DNA of 64,000 nt. It comes from Candidatus Cloacimonadota bacterium (lineage in GTDB: Bacteria; Cloacimonadota; Cloacimonadia; Cloacimonadales; TCS61). The stretch lies in contig JAUVLU010000009.1 of the NCBI GenBank assembly GCA_030600585.1, forward strand, positions 3,698 to 67,697, read 5' to 3'. Shown piece after piece: positions 35,174-45,923 of this stretch. Numbering within the stretch: the stretch's first letter is position 1; each line of letters opens with the position of its first letter. Position numbers and translations under genes: made by a program. The notes beneath the pieces were generated by a model that worked only from the letters and a program-made list of their open reading frames with translations, was not told the DNA's origin and made no database searches.

Positions 35174-36604
35174 ATGAATTTGAATAGTTTTATCGGAAGA
35201 TTTGAACAATACTCTATTAAACACAAACTTTTTAAAAGTGGTGAGAAAATACTTGTTGGCTTTTCCGGCGGCGCAGATTCCACAGTCCTTTTATTAGCTC
35301 TATGGCATTTGAAATCAATGTATGGTTATTCAATTCTTGCTGCGCATGTTAACTATGGTTTACGTGGAAATGATTCTCAACTTGACGAACAATTCGTGAG
35401 AAAATTTTGTTTTGATCGTAATATTTCTCTTGTTGTAAAAAATATTGCGATCGATTCGACTTCAAATGTCGAGAATCATGCAAGAGAAGTACGATTTGAT
35501 TATTTTAACAAACTTCGCAAATTATATAAAATTAAAAAAATAGCATTAGGTCATAACCGCGAAGACCAAGCTGAAACTCTTTTATTTCGACTGTTCAGAG
35601 GATCCGGATATACAGGTATTAAGGGGATTTCACCCGTTACCGATGACATTGTTCATCCATTGCTTAGCTTTTCCCGGGAAGATATTGTTTCCTATCTGAA
35701 ATCTGAAAATATCGAGTGGCGCGAAGATCTTTCCAATAAGAATAATACTTATTCAAGAAATAAAATACGTAACCAGATGATACCGTGGATAAAGGAACAT
35801 TTGAATCCAAACGTAGTTACTAAATTATATGAGGCGGCTGAAATATTCTCTGAAACTGATGATATTCTTGAATCACTTGCTACGAGAAGATTTTTAAAAG
35901 CTCAGATCAAACAAAACAAAGATGAATGTAGATTATCATCAAAGATTATTTTAAAAACAAAGTCTGTATTGCGTTATTATGTATATAAAGAAGCATATTC
36001 AAGAATAAATGGAAACTCAAAAGATTTTTATCATAATAATTTTATCGAGATCGAAAACTTACTTACCTCAGATGGCTCTAAACAAATATTCCTTCCAAAT
36101 AATGTTTTTGTATTCAAAGAATATGATGAGCTTATCTTTACAAATGTGGATATTTCGAAATCTGAGAATATCGAAAATGAAAAAGAAATATCTTCGCTGC
36201 GCAGCCGCTTCACTTTTGAAAACTATCGAATAATTATGAAGAAACTTAAAAAAATGCCGAATAAACGCAATTTATTCGAAGATAAAAATGTTGCATATTT
36301 GGATCTTGATAAAACCGGTTTTCCGATAATTATTCGTCACAGAAAACCAGGAGACAGATTTTATCCACTTGGTATGCAGCATAGTAAAAAATTAAAGGAT
36401 TTTTTGATTGACGAAAAAGTCCCAAAATTTGACAGAGATAAAGTGTTGATCTTCTGTGATCAGGAGAAGATAATATGGCTCGCAGGTCTTCGGATCGATA
36501 ACAGAGTTGTTACAACTGATCAGACACAAAATATCCTGCAGATCAGGATAGAAAAAATGGCTACTAATAACATGAGAGCAGCCGAAAGAGTTAATAGAAA
36601 ATAG
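35174..36604 (+). CDS. tilS: tRNA(Ile)-lysidine synthase
   Basis: 476 aa. PP-loop VGFSGGADSTVLL, GHNREDQAETLLFRLFRGSG, and the C-terminal TilS domain (IRHRKPGDRF, WLAGLRID). Confidence 0.9.
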   Translation: MNLNSFIGRFEQYSIKHKLFKSGEKILVGFSGGADSTVLLLALWHLKSMYGYSILAAHVNYGLRGNDSQLDEQFVRKFCFDRNISLVVKNIAIDSTSNVENHAREVRFDYFNKLRKLYKIKKIALGHNREDQAETLLFRLFRGSGYTGIKGISPVTDDIVHPLLSFSREDIVSYLKSENIEWREDLSNKNNTYSRNKIRNQMIPWIKEHLNPNVVTKLYEAAEIFSETDDILESLATRRFLKAQIKQNKDECRLSSKIILKTKSVLRYYVYKEAYSRINGNSKDFYHNNFIEIENLLTSDGSKQIFLPNNVFVFKEYDELIFTNVDISKSENIENEKEISSLRSRFTFENYRIIMKKLKKMPNKRNLFEDKNVAYLDLDKTGFPIIIRHRKPGDRFYPLGMQHSKKLKDFLIDEKVPKFDRDKVLIFCDQEKIIWLAGLRIDNRVVTTDQTQNILQIRIEKMATNNMRAAERVNRK

Positions 36605-36636
36605 GAGGAGTAAGAATTTTTCTTACTAACATAATT

Positions 36637-37173
36637 ATGCGGAATGATATTGAGAAAATATTAATAACCGAAGCAGAAATACAAGAGAAGATCAAGCAGC
36701 TTGGAGAACAGATATCAAAAGATTATAAAGAGAAAAAACCGGTTTTGATTTGTATTTTAAAGGGTGGAATCGTCTTTCTTTCAGATCTAATGATGAATAT
36801 TTCTACACATATAGAACTTGATTTTATGTCACTTTCCAGTTATGGAGACAGCACAAAATCATCTGGGGTGGTAAAAATTAAGAAAGACATCGATGTTGAT
36901 ATTTCTAACCGTGATGTAATTATTATCGAAGATATTGTAGATACAGGTTTAACCTTAAAATATATCGATGATTATTTTATGCAGCATAAACCCGCCTCAA
37001 TAAAAATATGTGCACTTTTGGATAAACCCAAAGCACATCTAATAGATATAAAGATCGATTATGTAGGTTTTGAAGTTGGAAATGAGTTCGTTGTTGGATA
37101 CGGACTTGATTATGCCCAGAAATACAGAAATCTTCCATATATTGGAATTCTCAAGAAGGAGATTTATTCATAA
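36637..37173 (+). CDS. hpt: Hypoxanthine phosphoribosyltransferase
   Basis: 178 aa. PRPP motif VIIIEDIVDTGLTL, plus CILKGG and VGYGLDY. Confidence 0.9.
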   Translation: MRNDIEKILITEAEIQEKIKQLGEQISKDYKEKKPVLICILKGGIVFLSDLMMNISTHIELDFMSLSSYGDSTKSSGVVKIKKDIDVDISNRDVIIIEDIVDTGLTLKYIDDYFMQHKPASIKICALLDKPKAHLIDIKIDYVGFEVGNEFVVGYGLDYAQKYRNLPYIGILKKEIYS

Positions 37174-39248
37174 TGAAAAAAAAACAAGGTAAAAATAGTA
37201 AGAATAAAAATCAATTTCCCAAAATGAAAAAATCGCAAACGGTCACTTTTTGGATCGTGCTGATTCTATTGGTTATTGTGATGTTCCAAATATCACGAAT
37301 GGGTGAAAGAAATATTACTAATATCAATTATAGCGATTTTATTCAAATGCATAAACGAGGTGAAGTTGCAAAAGTTGGTTTTGATGAAAAGAATCTGTCA
37401 ATAACTACTATTGACAATACAAAATACACAACATATCTTCCTCCTATATCTGATCCAAATCTTTTACAAAACCTCACAGATTCAGGAGTAGTTGTTTATG
37501 CAAACAAACCTTCCAAACTTTTTACTCTACTACTATCATGGTTTCCATTCCTTATTTTTATTGGAATCTGGATATTTTTGATGCGCGGAATGAGAGGAGG
37601 AGCAAGTCAGGTATTCAGCTTTGGGAAAAGTAAAGCTAAACTTAGTGCTAACGGAGAAACAAAAGTAACGTTTGATGATGTAGCTGGAGTTGATGAGGCA
37701 AAAGAGGAACTGGAAGAAATTGTTGAGTTTTTAAAAAATCCTAAAAAATTCCAAAGACTTGGCGGCAGGATCCCACGAGGAGTGCTGCTTCTTGGAAGAC
37801 CCGGAACAGGTAAAACTTTACTGGCAAAAGCAGTTGCAGGAGAAGCGAAAGTTCCATTTTATAGTATTAGTGGTTCCGATTTTGTAGAAATGTTCGTTGG
37901 TGTCGGCGCATCACGTGTTCGTGATATGTTTGCCACTGCTAAAAAAACCGCACCGTGCATAGCATTCATAGATGAGATCGATGCTGTTGGAAGACATCGC
38001 GGTTCCGGTCTTGGCGGTGGTCATGATGAGAGAGAACAGACTCTTAATCAACTGCTGGTTGAAATGGATGGATTCGATCCTAATGATTCTGTTATTATCA
38101 TTGCTGCTACAAACAGACCCGATGTTCTTGATCCGGCATTACTACGTCCCGGTCGTTTTGACAGACAGATAATTGTGGATTTACCTGATATCAGCGGTAG
38201 AGAAGCAATATTAAAAGTTCATACAAGAAAATTGCCGGTTTCTATTGCTGTCAGGTTGAACATCATTGCTCGTGTTACTCCGGGCTTCAGTGGTGCGGAT
38301 CTTGCCAACCTGGTTAATGAAGCCGCTTTAATGGCAGCTAGAACTGGTAAGAAGCAGATCGAGATGGAAGACTTTGAAGAAGCGAAAGATAAAGTTACCC
38401 TTGGAAAAGCAAGAAAGAGCAAAGTTATTACCGAGGAAGATAAAAAGATAACCGCAATTCATGAAATAGGTCATGTTCTTTGTTCGATGTTCTTAGACAA
38501 GGTCGAGCCAATACACAAAGTAACGATCATTCCCAGAGGGTTTACCGGCGGTGCTACTCATTTCCTGCAAACAGATAAATCTTATTATTCCAAAAGTTAT
38601 ATGGAGCAATCATTGATCGGATTACTGGGAGGACGTTCGGCTGAAGAGATCATATTCAATGATGTTTCAACCGGTGCTTCCAATGATATTGAAAGAGTAA
38701 CGGATATTGTGAAGCAAATGGTTTGTAATTGGGGGATGAGTGATAAGGTCGGTCCCATTGCATTAACTAAAAAGCAAACTCAGATATTTCTTGGCAGAGA
38801 TATTTCACAACATGATCAAATAAGCGAAGAAACAGCTAAACTTATCGATAGTGAAATTAAACGAATTATTACAGATGCTCATAAAAAAAGTTTAGAAATC
38901 CTCAACAATAAACGTAAACTTTTAGAGACTTTAGCAGATGAATTATTGGTTAAGGAGACACTTGATGCTAAGGATATATTTGAAATAAGCTTACCATTTA
39001 TAAAAGGATCGGAAAAAGAAATAGTAGAAAAACAGTTTCAGAAGATCAAAGCTATAAACGATGAAATTAAAAAAGCTGAAAAACTGGCAAAAAAAGAAGC
39101 TGCAAAAAAGAAAGCAAAAAAAATAAAAAAGCAAAAAGAAGAAAAAGCTAAGAAAGAAGCAGCAGAAAAAGCTGAAACTTCTGAAAAAGATAAAAAGCAA
39201 AATCCTGATAAAGAAAAAACTAAAGAACAGGATAATCCTAAAAAATAA
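37173..39248 (+). CDS. ftsH: ATP-dependent zinc metalloprotease FtsH with a Lys-rich C-terminal tail
   Basis: 691 aa. Walker [19 protein letters not shown], Walker [13 protein letters not shown] region [19 protein letters not shown], zinc site HEIGHV. The tail is [36 protein letters not shown]... Confidence 0.95.
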   Translation: MKKKQGKNSKNKNQFPKMKKSQTVTFWIVLILLVIVMFQISRMGERNITNINYSDFIQMHKRGEVAKVGFDEKNLSITTIDNTKYTTYLPPISDPNLLQNLTDSGVVVYANKPSKLFTLLLSWFPFLIFIGIWIFLMRGMRGGASQVFSFGKSKAKLSANGETKVTFDDVAGVDEAKEELEEIVEFLKNPKKFQRLGGRIPRGVLLLGRPGTGKTLLAKAVAGEAKVPFYSISGSDFVEMFVGVGASRVRDMFATAKKTAPCIAFIDEIDAVGRHRGSGLGGGHDEREQTLNQLLVEMDGFDPNDSVIIIAATNRPDVLDPALLRPGRFDRQIIVDLPDISGREAILKVHTRKLPVSIAVRLNIIARVTPGFSGADLANLVNEAALMAARTGKKQIEMEDFEEAKDKVTLGKARKSKVITEEDKKITAIHEIGHVLCSMFLDKVEPIHKVTIIPRGFTGGATHFLQTDKSYYSKSYMEQSLIGLLGGRSAEEIIFNDVSTGASNDIERVTDIVKQMVCNWGMSDKVGPIALTKKQTQIFLGRDISQHDQISEETAKLIDSEIKRIITDAHKKSLEILNNKRKLLETLADELLVKETLDAKDIFEISLPFIKGSEKEIVEKQFQKIKAINDEIKKAEKLAKKEAAKKKAKKIKKQKEEKAKKEAAEKAETSEKDKKQNPDKEKTKEQDNPKK

Positions 39249-39266
39249 AAGCATGAGGATATTCCA

Positions 39267-39800
39267 ATGAAAGATATGCACGGCACAACTATATTAGGTG
39301 TTAAATATAAAGATAAAGTAGCTATCGGCGGCGATGGGCAGGTTACTTTAGGCAATACTGTTGTAAAAGCAACCGCACAAAAGATCAGAAGATTATATGA
39401 CGGGAAGGTAATTGCAGGATTTGCCGGTGCAACAGCAGATGCGTTTACACTATTCGAAAAATTTGAAGGTAAATTAAAAGAGTGTAAAGGGAATTTGAAA
39501 CGCGCGGCAGTTGAGCTGGCAAAAGATTGGCGTTCGGATAAAATACTGCGTAGATTAGAAGCAATGATAATCGTAGCAGATAAAAATACACTCCTTTTAA
39601 TTTCCGGTAATGGTGATGTATTGGAACCGGATGAAGGAATTATTGCTATTGGTTCAGGTGGGAATTATGCGCTTGCAGCAGCAAAGGCATTTGTTGATAA
39701 TAAAAAACTATCAGCTTCACAAATCGTAGAAAGTTCTTTGAAGATCGCATCTGACATTTGCATCTATACAAATAATAATATCATGATCGAGGAACTGTAA
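39267..39800 (+). CDS. hslV: ATP-dependent protease subunit HslV
   Basis: 177 aa. Contains [40 protein letters not shown]. Confidence 0.95.
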   Translation: MKDMHGTTILGVKYKDKVAIGGDGQVTLGNTVVKATAQKIRRLYDGKVIAGFAGATADAFTLFEKFEGKLKECKGNLKRAAVELAKDWRSDKILRRLEAMIIVADKNTLLLISGNGDVLEPDEGIIAIGSGGNYALAAAKAFVDNKKLSASQIVESSLKIASDICIYTNNNIMIEEL

Positions 39801-41152
39801 TGGAAAAATTCACACCAATTAGAATTGTAGAAGAACTTGATAAATACATAATCGGACAAGATAAAGCAAAACGCGCTGTGGCAATTGCTCTGCGTAATCG
39901 ATGGCGAAGACAGCAAGTGGAAGGTGACCTGCAAGAAGAGATTATGCCGAATAATATCATCCTTATCGGACCCACCGGAGTTGGAAAAACAGAAATTGCA
40001 CGGCGTCTTTCCAAATTGGCAAATGCACCGTTTATGAAAGTGGAAGCTTCCAAATTTACAGAAGTAGGATATGTGGGACGGGATGTTGAATCGATGATAC
40101 GCGAATTGATGAATGTTGCATTGAACGATGTTCGTATTGAGATGACAAAACGTGTACAGGTTCAGGCAACAATTAATGCACGCAGACGAATTATAGATAT
40201 CCTATATCCAAAAAACCCACTTAACCCAAATGATGATGAAGAAGAGATTAAGAAAAAAGAAGAAAGATATCAGCGCATCCGCAAGAAAATGGAAAAACTC
40301 TTTGATGATGGAGAACTAAATAACAGAGAAGTAGAAATTTCATCACAAAAAAGAGTTCCGCAAATTGAATTATTTTCTCATACCGGAACCGAAAGTTTTG
40401 ATCTTCCTATCGGTGAGATCATGGCCGGCATCTTGCCATTCAAGAAAGGTGAGAAAAAAAAGAAAGTCAGTGTAGATGAAGCATATAAATTGCTGATCGA
40501 AGAAGAAGCAGGCAAACTTGTAAAACCTGATATCGTAAAAGCTGAAGCTAAAAAACGTGTTGAGGAAAATGGTATAATATTCATCGATGAAATCGATAAG
40601 ATAGCAGGTAACGAAAATCGGACAGGAGCCGATGTTTCACGTTCCGGTGTTCAGCGTGACCTCCTCCCTATCGTGGAAGGTTCCAACGTTCCCACTAAAT
40701 ACGGGATCATTGATACTTCCCATATTCTGTTTATTGCAGCCGGTGCTTTTACTACTTCCAAACCTTCCGATCTTATCCCCGAATTGCAGGGACGTTTTCC
40801 AATTCGCGAAGAACTGCACAGCCTTTCCAAAGATGATCTCCATAAAATTCTGCTCTATCCAAAAAATTCTTTGACTAAACAATATATTGCACTGTTCAAA
40901 GCGGAGAATGTAAAACTGAAATTCAGTGAAGATGCAGTTGAAGAGATCGCAAATTTTGCTGCAAAGGCTAATGTGAAGATGGAAGATATCGGGGCGCGAA
41001 GACTTAATACGATCATGAATTCACTTTTAGATAACTATCTATTCAATATGCCGAATCCTAAAATTAAAACAGTTACCATAACTAAAACTAAAGTTAATAA
41101 AAAACTTGATAAGATCATTAAGAACGAAGATCTGAGTAAGTATATTTTGTAA
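39800..41152 (+). CDS. hslU: ATP-dependent protease ATPase subunit HslU
   Basis: 450 aa. Contains PIRIVEELDKYIIGQDKAKRAVAIALRNRWRR, Walker A GPTGVGKTEIARRLA-like, IFIDEIDKI, SRSGVQRDLLPIVEGS. Confidence 0.95.
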   Translation: MEKFTPIRIVEELDKYIIGQDKAKRAVAIALRNRWRRQQVEGDLQEEIMPNNIILIGPTGVGKTEIARRLSKLANAPFMKVEASKFTEVGYVGRDVESMIRELMNVALNDVRIEMTKRVQVQATINARRRIIDILYPKNPLNPNDDEEEIKKKEERYQRIRKKMEKLFDDGELNNREVEISSQKRVPQIELFSHTGTESFDLPIGEIMAGILPFKKGEKKKKVSVDEAYKLLIEEEAGKLVKPDIVKAEAKKRVEENGIIFIDEIDKIAGNENRTGADVSRSGVQRDLLPIVEGSNVPTKYGIIDTSHILFIAAGAFTTSKPSDLIPELQGRFPIREELHSLSKDDLHKILLYPKNSLTKQYIALFKAENVKLKFSEDAVEEIANFAAKANVKMEDIGARRLNTIMNSLLDNYLFNMPNPKIKTVTITKTKVNKKLDKIIKNEDLSKYIL

Positions 41153-42009
41153 TGAATATTAAAGATAAATTTATACCACAAATAATCTTAGGTGATTGTA
41201 GCGATAAATTGCAAGAATTAGATGATAATTCTGTGGATTTAATAATTACTTCTCCACCCTATGCTGATAGTAGAAAAAAAACTTATGGTGGTATTCACCC
41301 TGATAAATATGTTAAATGGTTTTTACCTATATCTGCAGAACTTCTAAGAGTATTAAAAGTAGATGGAACCTTTATTTTAAATATTAAAGAGAGAGTCAAT
41401 AATGGGGAAAGACATACATATGTACTAGAATTAATACTTGAAATGAAGAAACAAGGATGGTTATGGACAGAACAGTTTATTTGGCATAAAAAAAATTCTT
41501 ACCCAGGAAAATGGCCAAATAGATTTCGAGACTCATGGGAAAGATTACTACAATTTAACAAATCAAAGAAATTTAAAATGTATCAAGAAGAAGTAATGGT
41601 CCCAGTTGGCAAATGGGCTAAATCTAGATTACAAAATCTAAGTGAAGTTGATAAAATAAGAGATAATTCAAAGGTTGGTAGTGGTTTCGGAAAAAATATT
41701 TCGAACTGGGTTAACAGAGATAAAGTATATCCAACAAACGTATTACATCTTGCAACTGAATGCAACAACAAAAATCACAGTGCTGTTTTCCCTGAAACAT
41801 TACCGGAATGGTTTATCAAATTGTTTACAAAAGAAAATGATATTGTTCTTGATCCGTTTTTAGGATCAGGTACAACTATTCTTGTTGCACAAAGGTTAAA
41901 AAGAAATTCTATAGGGATTGAGATATTGCCAGAATATTGTGAAATAGTAATTTCAAAACTAGAGAAAAATAAGAAAACACAATTGGAGATAAATTATGAA
42001 GAAGATTAG
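41152..42009 (+). CDS. Beta-class DNA methyltransferase (N4-cytosine or N6-adenine)
   Basis: 285 aa. Motif IV LIITSPPYADSR is N-terminal and motif I VLDPFLGSGTT is C-terminal (beta-class permutation). TAATG junction with hslU. Confidence 0.85.
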   Translation: MNIKDKFIPQIILGDCSDKLQELDDNSVDLIITSPPYADSRKKTYGGIHPDKYVKWFLPISAELLRVLKVDGTFILNIKERVNNGERHTYVLELILEMKKQGWLWTEQFIWHKKNSYPGKWPNRFRDSWERLLQFNKSKKFKMYQEEVMVPVGKWAKSRLQNLSEVDKIRDNSKVGSGFGKNISNWVNRDKVYPTNVLHLATECNNKNHSAVFPETLPEWFIKLFTKENDIVLDPFLGSGTTILVAQRLKRNSIGIEILPEYCEIVISKLEKNKKTQLEINYEED

Positions 42010-42745
42010 TATTAATGATATCAAGGAATATATTGAACAAAACATAAATACATTCCACGAAAAAAGGATTGAAAAATTAAAATCCTTGAAACTGAAAACT
42101 GTTTTAAAAAGAAAAAATCCATATTTATTCAAAGCAAAAAACATTCTTGATGCTCATGATATTGTAAAAAAAATTTTAGATGCTTACTTATCATCACAAG
42201 AAGAAACAATCTTTGGTGATTTCTTAGAAGGATTAGCAATATTTATAAATACAAATGTTTATGGTGGTTATAAATCTGGAATAACAGGTATAGATCTTGA
42301 ATTCAGCAAAAATGATATAAGATATTTGGTTTCAATAAAGTCAGGTCCTAACTGGGGCAATAGTAGCCAAATTACAAAAATGAAGCAGAACTTTCTGCAG
42401 GCAAAAAAAGTAATTAGAGTAAATAATCCAGATATAGTTATTGATTGCATAAACGGTTGCTGTTATGGTCGCAATTCAAATCCTGATAAAGGAAATTATT
42501 ACAAATTCTGCGGACAGAAATTCTGGGAATTTATTTCAGGGAATTCAATTTTATATACAGAAATAATTGAACCATTAGGTCATAAAGCAAAACAAAGAAA
42601 CAGTAAATTCAATCGATCATATTCTAAAGTGATTAATCTATTCACTCTTGAATTCACTGAGGAATTTTGTGATGATGGTGAAATCAATTGGGACAAGATT
42701 ATCAAATTAAATTCATCTATCAATCCAAAAGAGTACAAATTATAG
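41996..42745 (+). CDS. Putative type II restriction endonuclease partner
   Basis: 249 aa, overlapping the methyltransferase by 14 nt. PD-(D/E)xK-like arrangement ITGIDLEF...RYLVSIKSGPNWGNSSQ. The family is not firmly recognised. Confidence 0.5.
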   Translation: MKKISINDIKEYIEQNINTFHEKRIEKLKSLKLKTVLKRKNPYLFKAKNILDAHDIVKKILDAYLSSQEETIFGDFLEGLAIFINTNVYGGYKSGITGIDLEFSKNDIRYLVSIKSGPNWGNSSQITKMKQNFLQAKKVIRVNNPDIVIDCINGCCYGRNSNPDKGNYYKFCGQKFWEFISGNSILYTEIIEPLGHKAKQRNSKFNRSYSKVINLFTLEFTEEFCDDGEINWDKIIKLNSSINPKEYKL

Positions 42746-42753
42746 GAGCAACA

Positions 42754-43650
42754 ATGAAAAAAATTTTAATCTTTAGTCTTTTAATCTTTAGTCTTTCATT
42801 TTTAAATGCTGAAGTGATCTCCGTAACACTTCCCAAAAAAGAAACGGTTAAACTAACACCATATGCCACCTTTGATTTTGCTGATATTGAAGAATCATCT
42901 GCTATTGTAAAGAGCAGGGTTTGGGATGATGTTTACTGGACTTTGAACGATTCCGGCTGTAATAACCGCATCTTCCCATTTAACAGCAAAGGTGAATTAT
43001 ACAGAGCAGAATGGTATAAAGAAAAAGACGGCGGCATATTTATCGGCAATGCCATAAATATCGACTGGGAAGAGATGGCAGTAGATAATGACGGCAATCT
43101 TTATGTTTGCGATACCGGCAATAATTTTAACACCAGAAAAGACCTTGCTATCCATGTTTTAAAAGATCCATTCCCCTTCGCAACCGGAAACACAACCTCT
43201 TTTAAAACAATTAAATTCTATTATCCTGAGCAAAAAGCATTTCCGGCTGTTCCGAACAACTTTGACTGCGAAGCTGTTTTCTGGGCAAAAGATAATTTAT
43301 ATCTTCTCACCAAACACCGTGCAGATACAAAAACACATCTCTACCGGTTCGACAGCTTAGATCAGTTAAAGATAAATCCGATAACAAGAATTGGAACATT
43401 TGAAATTGGCGGAATGGTTACTGCTGCCGATGCATCAGTTGACGGCACAAAGCTGGCAGTTCTCACTTACGATAATATTTGGATATTTGAAGCTGAGGAT
43501 GGAGACTATTTTAACGGAAAGATAAGTTGGCTGCCGATAAATGCAAATCAATGTGAAGCTGTTTGTTTTGATGGCGACGATCTTATTATCACAAGTGAGC
43601 AGATGGAACTTTTTAAACTTCCAATTTCTGAACTTATTCCGGTTAATTAA
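42754..43650 (+). CDS. Exported beta-propeller-like protein (SdiA-regulated/phytase-like pattern)
   Basis: 298 aa from ATG 42754 (AGGAG upstream) with signal peptide MKKILIFSLLIFSLSFLNA. Contains ESSAIVKS...WTLNDSG and IDWEEMAVDNDGNLYVCDTGNN. Confidence 0.45.
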   Translation: MKKILIFSLLIFSLSFLNAEVISVTLPKKETVKLTPYATFDFADIEESSAIVKSRVWDDVYWTLNDSGCNNRIFPFNSKGELYRAEWYKEKDGGIFIGNAINIDWEEMAVDNDGNLYVCDTGNNFNTRKDLAIHVLKDPFPFATGNTTSFKTIKFYYPEQKAFPAVPNNFDCEAVFWAKDNLYLLTKHRADTKTHLYRFDSLDQLKINPITRIGTFEIGGMVTAADASVDGTKLAVLTYDNIWIFEAEDGDYFNGKISWLPINANQCEAVCFDGDDLIITSEQMELFKLPISELIPVN

Positions 43651-44186
43651 TGAAAAAAGTTACTCTCTTTATTTTACTGTTCCCCATTTTTCTTTTTTGC
43701 GATTCTACAAACGAATACAATATAGCCATCGGCGAAGATGTTTATTATTCTTCATTCAGCACTGTTACAACAGATTCATTAATTCAGTATATTTACAAAC
43801 ACGAAACAGAAGAGCAGATAAATTATTACAATTTGGGTGGAACAACATACAAATTTACGCATAAAGACAGCATAAGAAACATTGATCTAATCGCAACTAA
43901 AGATGGAAGAAACATAATTATTAAAAGTAATTCCGGTGAAAAAATTATAGATACTAAAATTCAAATTGATGAGCAACTCTGGAAACAGTCGATGTCATAT
44001 TCTTTATCTGAATTTGCTTTATCAGAAAAGGAGAAAATAGAATATTGGATAATACGCCTTGATAAATTTAAAGGTGAAAAAATGCAGGCAGAAAAAGCAG
44101 GCATCGAAGATATAACTATCAATGGCAAATTGTATTATACCATAAAAGTTAAAATAAGCGCAGTTGGAGCATGTTCGATGCTCTGA
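43650..44186 (+). CDS. Exported protein of unknown function, interrupted by an in-frame TGA
   Basis: 178 aa with a signal peptide. The same frame stays open and protein-like for 38 more codons after TGA 44184-44186. Confidence 0.5.
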   Translation: MKKVTLFILLFPIFLFCDSTNEYNIAIGEDVYYSSFSTVTTDSLIQYIYKHETEEQINYYNLGGTTYKFTHKDSIRNIDLIATKDGRNIIIKSNSGEKIIDTKIQIDEQLWKQSMSYSLSEFALSEKEKIEYWIIRLDKFKGEKMQAEKAGIEDITINGKLYYTIKVKISAVGACSML

Positions 44187-44303
44187 CACGATCATTACTG
44201 GTTTGGGGTTTCAGATGGCTTATTTATAAAATATGAAGGTTTGAACGGTCTTCATGGTTCTACTAAAACTATTATTGAATTACAAAGAGATGGAGTAATA
44301 TGA
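44184..44303 (+). other. In-frame TGA plus a 38-codon coding-like extension
   Basis: ...AVGACSML-TGA-HDHYWFGVSDGLFIKYEGLNGLHGSTKTIIELQRDGVI-TGA. The second TGA overlaps the ATG of the next gene (ATATGA), a typical operon junction. Confidence 0.55.
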
Positions 44304-45241
44304 AAACAGTTGATCTAACACATTTATCGGTAATTCTTAATCCAATTGCAGGAAAAGGGAACGCCATAAAAAAACTACCGCATATAAAAAAATTCTTAGA
44401 AGATAATAATTTAAAACACGAAATACATATCACCGAAAAACCAGGACATGCCATAGTTTTAGCAGAAGAGTTATGTCAAAATGAAGGAACAGCGGTTATC
44501 GCTGCCGGCGGAGACGGCACAACAAACGAAATTATTAATGGATTAATGCATGCAAAAAACAAAAATACTGATTTCTCTCCAATTTTTGGTGTTCTGCCGA
44601 TCGGACGTGGAAATGATTTTGCTTTTGGTGCCGGTGTTCCTACTTCTCTTGAAGATTGTTTAAAAGCACTTTTAAAAGGAAATACTCAACCGATGGATAT
44701 TGGTTTAATAAAAGGTGGAGATTATCCTTCCGGTAGGTATTTTGGAAATGGTATTGGAGTTGGTTTTGATACGATAGTAGGATTAGAAGCTGCCAAGATG
44801 AAACATATTCACGGCGCTGCCGGTTATATGATCGGCGCAATAAAAACTTTGATAACTTATCCTGCTGCTCCTGAAATCGAAATGGAGATCAATGGTGAAA
44901 AAGGAATTTATACTCCTGCTCTCGTTTCTATAATGAACGGTCGCAGAATGGGCGGTGCTTTCTTCATGGCACCAGATGGGAAGAACAATGACGGTTTTCT
45001 GAATCTGTGCATGACACAACAGGGAACGCGGCTCAAACTTTTACAAACTATGTTTCATTATACAAAAGGAACACAGGGACAGCTTGATAATACTAAAACC
45101 GCTCTCATCACATCTATCACACTTAAAGCACTGAAAGGTGGAATGGCTGTTCATGCTGATGGAGAAACAATTTGTGAAAACGGTAAATTACTTGAAATAA
45201 GCTGTCTGCCAAATGCCTTGAACATTATAAAAGGAATTTAA
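44300..45241 (+). CDS. Diacylglycerol/lipid kinase (YegS/BmrU family)
   Basis: 313 aa. Contains VIAAGGDGTTNEIINGL and LPIGRGNDFA. Confidence 0.8.
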   Translation: MKTVDLTHLSVILNPIAGKGNAIKKLPHIKKFLEDNNLKHEIHITEKPGHAIVLAEELCQNEGTAVIAAGGDGTTNEIINGLMHAKNKNTDFSPIFGVLPIGRGNDFAFGAGVPTSLEDCLKALLKGNTQPMDIGLIKGGDYPSGRYFGNGIGVGFDTIVGLEAAKMKHIHGAAGYMIGAIKTLITYPAAPEIEMEINGEKGIYTPALVSIMNGRRMGGAFFMAPDGKNNDGFLNLCMTQQGTRLKLLQTMFHYTKGTQGQLDNTKTALITSITLKALKGGMAVHADGETICENGKLLEISCLPNALNIIKGI

Positions 45242-45242
45242 G

Positions 45243-45923
45243 ATGAATTTAGCCGCTAGAATTGTAACGTCCGCCTTACATATAATTTTACGAATTGTGT
45301 GTAAAGTAGATGCTCAAGAATTAGACAAAATCCCATTAGATGGTCCATACATAATTGCAATAAATCATACTAATTTTCTGGAAGTGCCAATGATATACAC
45401 GCACTTGCTTCCCAGAAAAATTATTGGAATTGCAAAAAAGGAAACGTGGAGAGGTGGTTTTTTGAAATGGCTGGCAAATTCATGGGAAGCTATTTCTGTC
45501 GATCGAGAAGGTTATATGATCGATACTTTCCGTCAATCGAGGAAAGTGCTGAAAGATGGCTGCTTTTTGGTTATTGCACCGGAAGGCACGCGAAACAAAT
45601 ATGGTAAACTCATTATGGGAAAACCCGGAGTTATTGGTATCGCACTACGTTCCAAAGTTCCGATAATACCGGTTGTTCATTTTGGTGGAGAGCATATAGG
45701 CAAAAACCTGAAATCATTCCGTAGAACAAAATTTACCTTCAAAGTTGGAACTCCATTTATTCCCGATCCTGTTGGAAAAGCTGATCAGGATAAACGCAAG
45801 TATTTTACTGATCAATTAATGTACAGACTCGCAGAGCTTCTTCCCGAGGAATATAGAGGAGTTTACAGCAACCTGGATAATATTCGTAAAAATGAGATAA
45901 AAGAAATTTTGTGGGAAACTTGA
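45243..45923 (+). CDS. Lysophospholipid acyltransferase (PlsC family)
   Basis: 226 aa. HX4D-type motif AINHTNFLEVP, plus IAPEGTRN and IPVV. Confidence 0.75.
   Translation: MNLAARIVTSALHIILRIVCKVDAQELDKIPLDGPYIIAINHTNFLEVPMIYTHLLPRKIIGIAKKETWRGGFLKWLANSWEAISVDREGYMIDTFRQSRKVLKDGCFLVIAPEGTRNKYGKLIMGKPGVIGIALRSKVPIIPVVHFGGEHIGKNLKSFRRTKFTFKVGTPFIPDPVGKADQDKRKYFTDQLMYRLAELLPEEYRGVYSNLDNIRKNEIKEILWET

Noticed and set aside
38991-39355. Antisense ORFs of 96 and 105 aa opposite the end of ftsH
   Set aside because: They mirror the Lys/Glu/Ala-rich FtsH tail (poly-Phe/Leu/Ser translation) and overlap the hslV start. This is a compositional artefact.
44184-44186. Selenocysteine codon
   Set aside because: I found no stable hairpin with a suitable apical loop 10-25 nt downstream. 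There is no Cys/Sec redox motif context, and no sel genes in the window. It is kept only as an open alternative in the findings.
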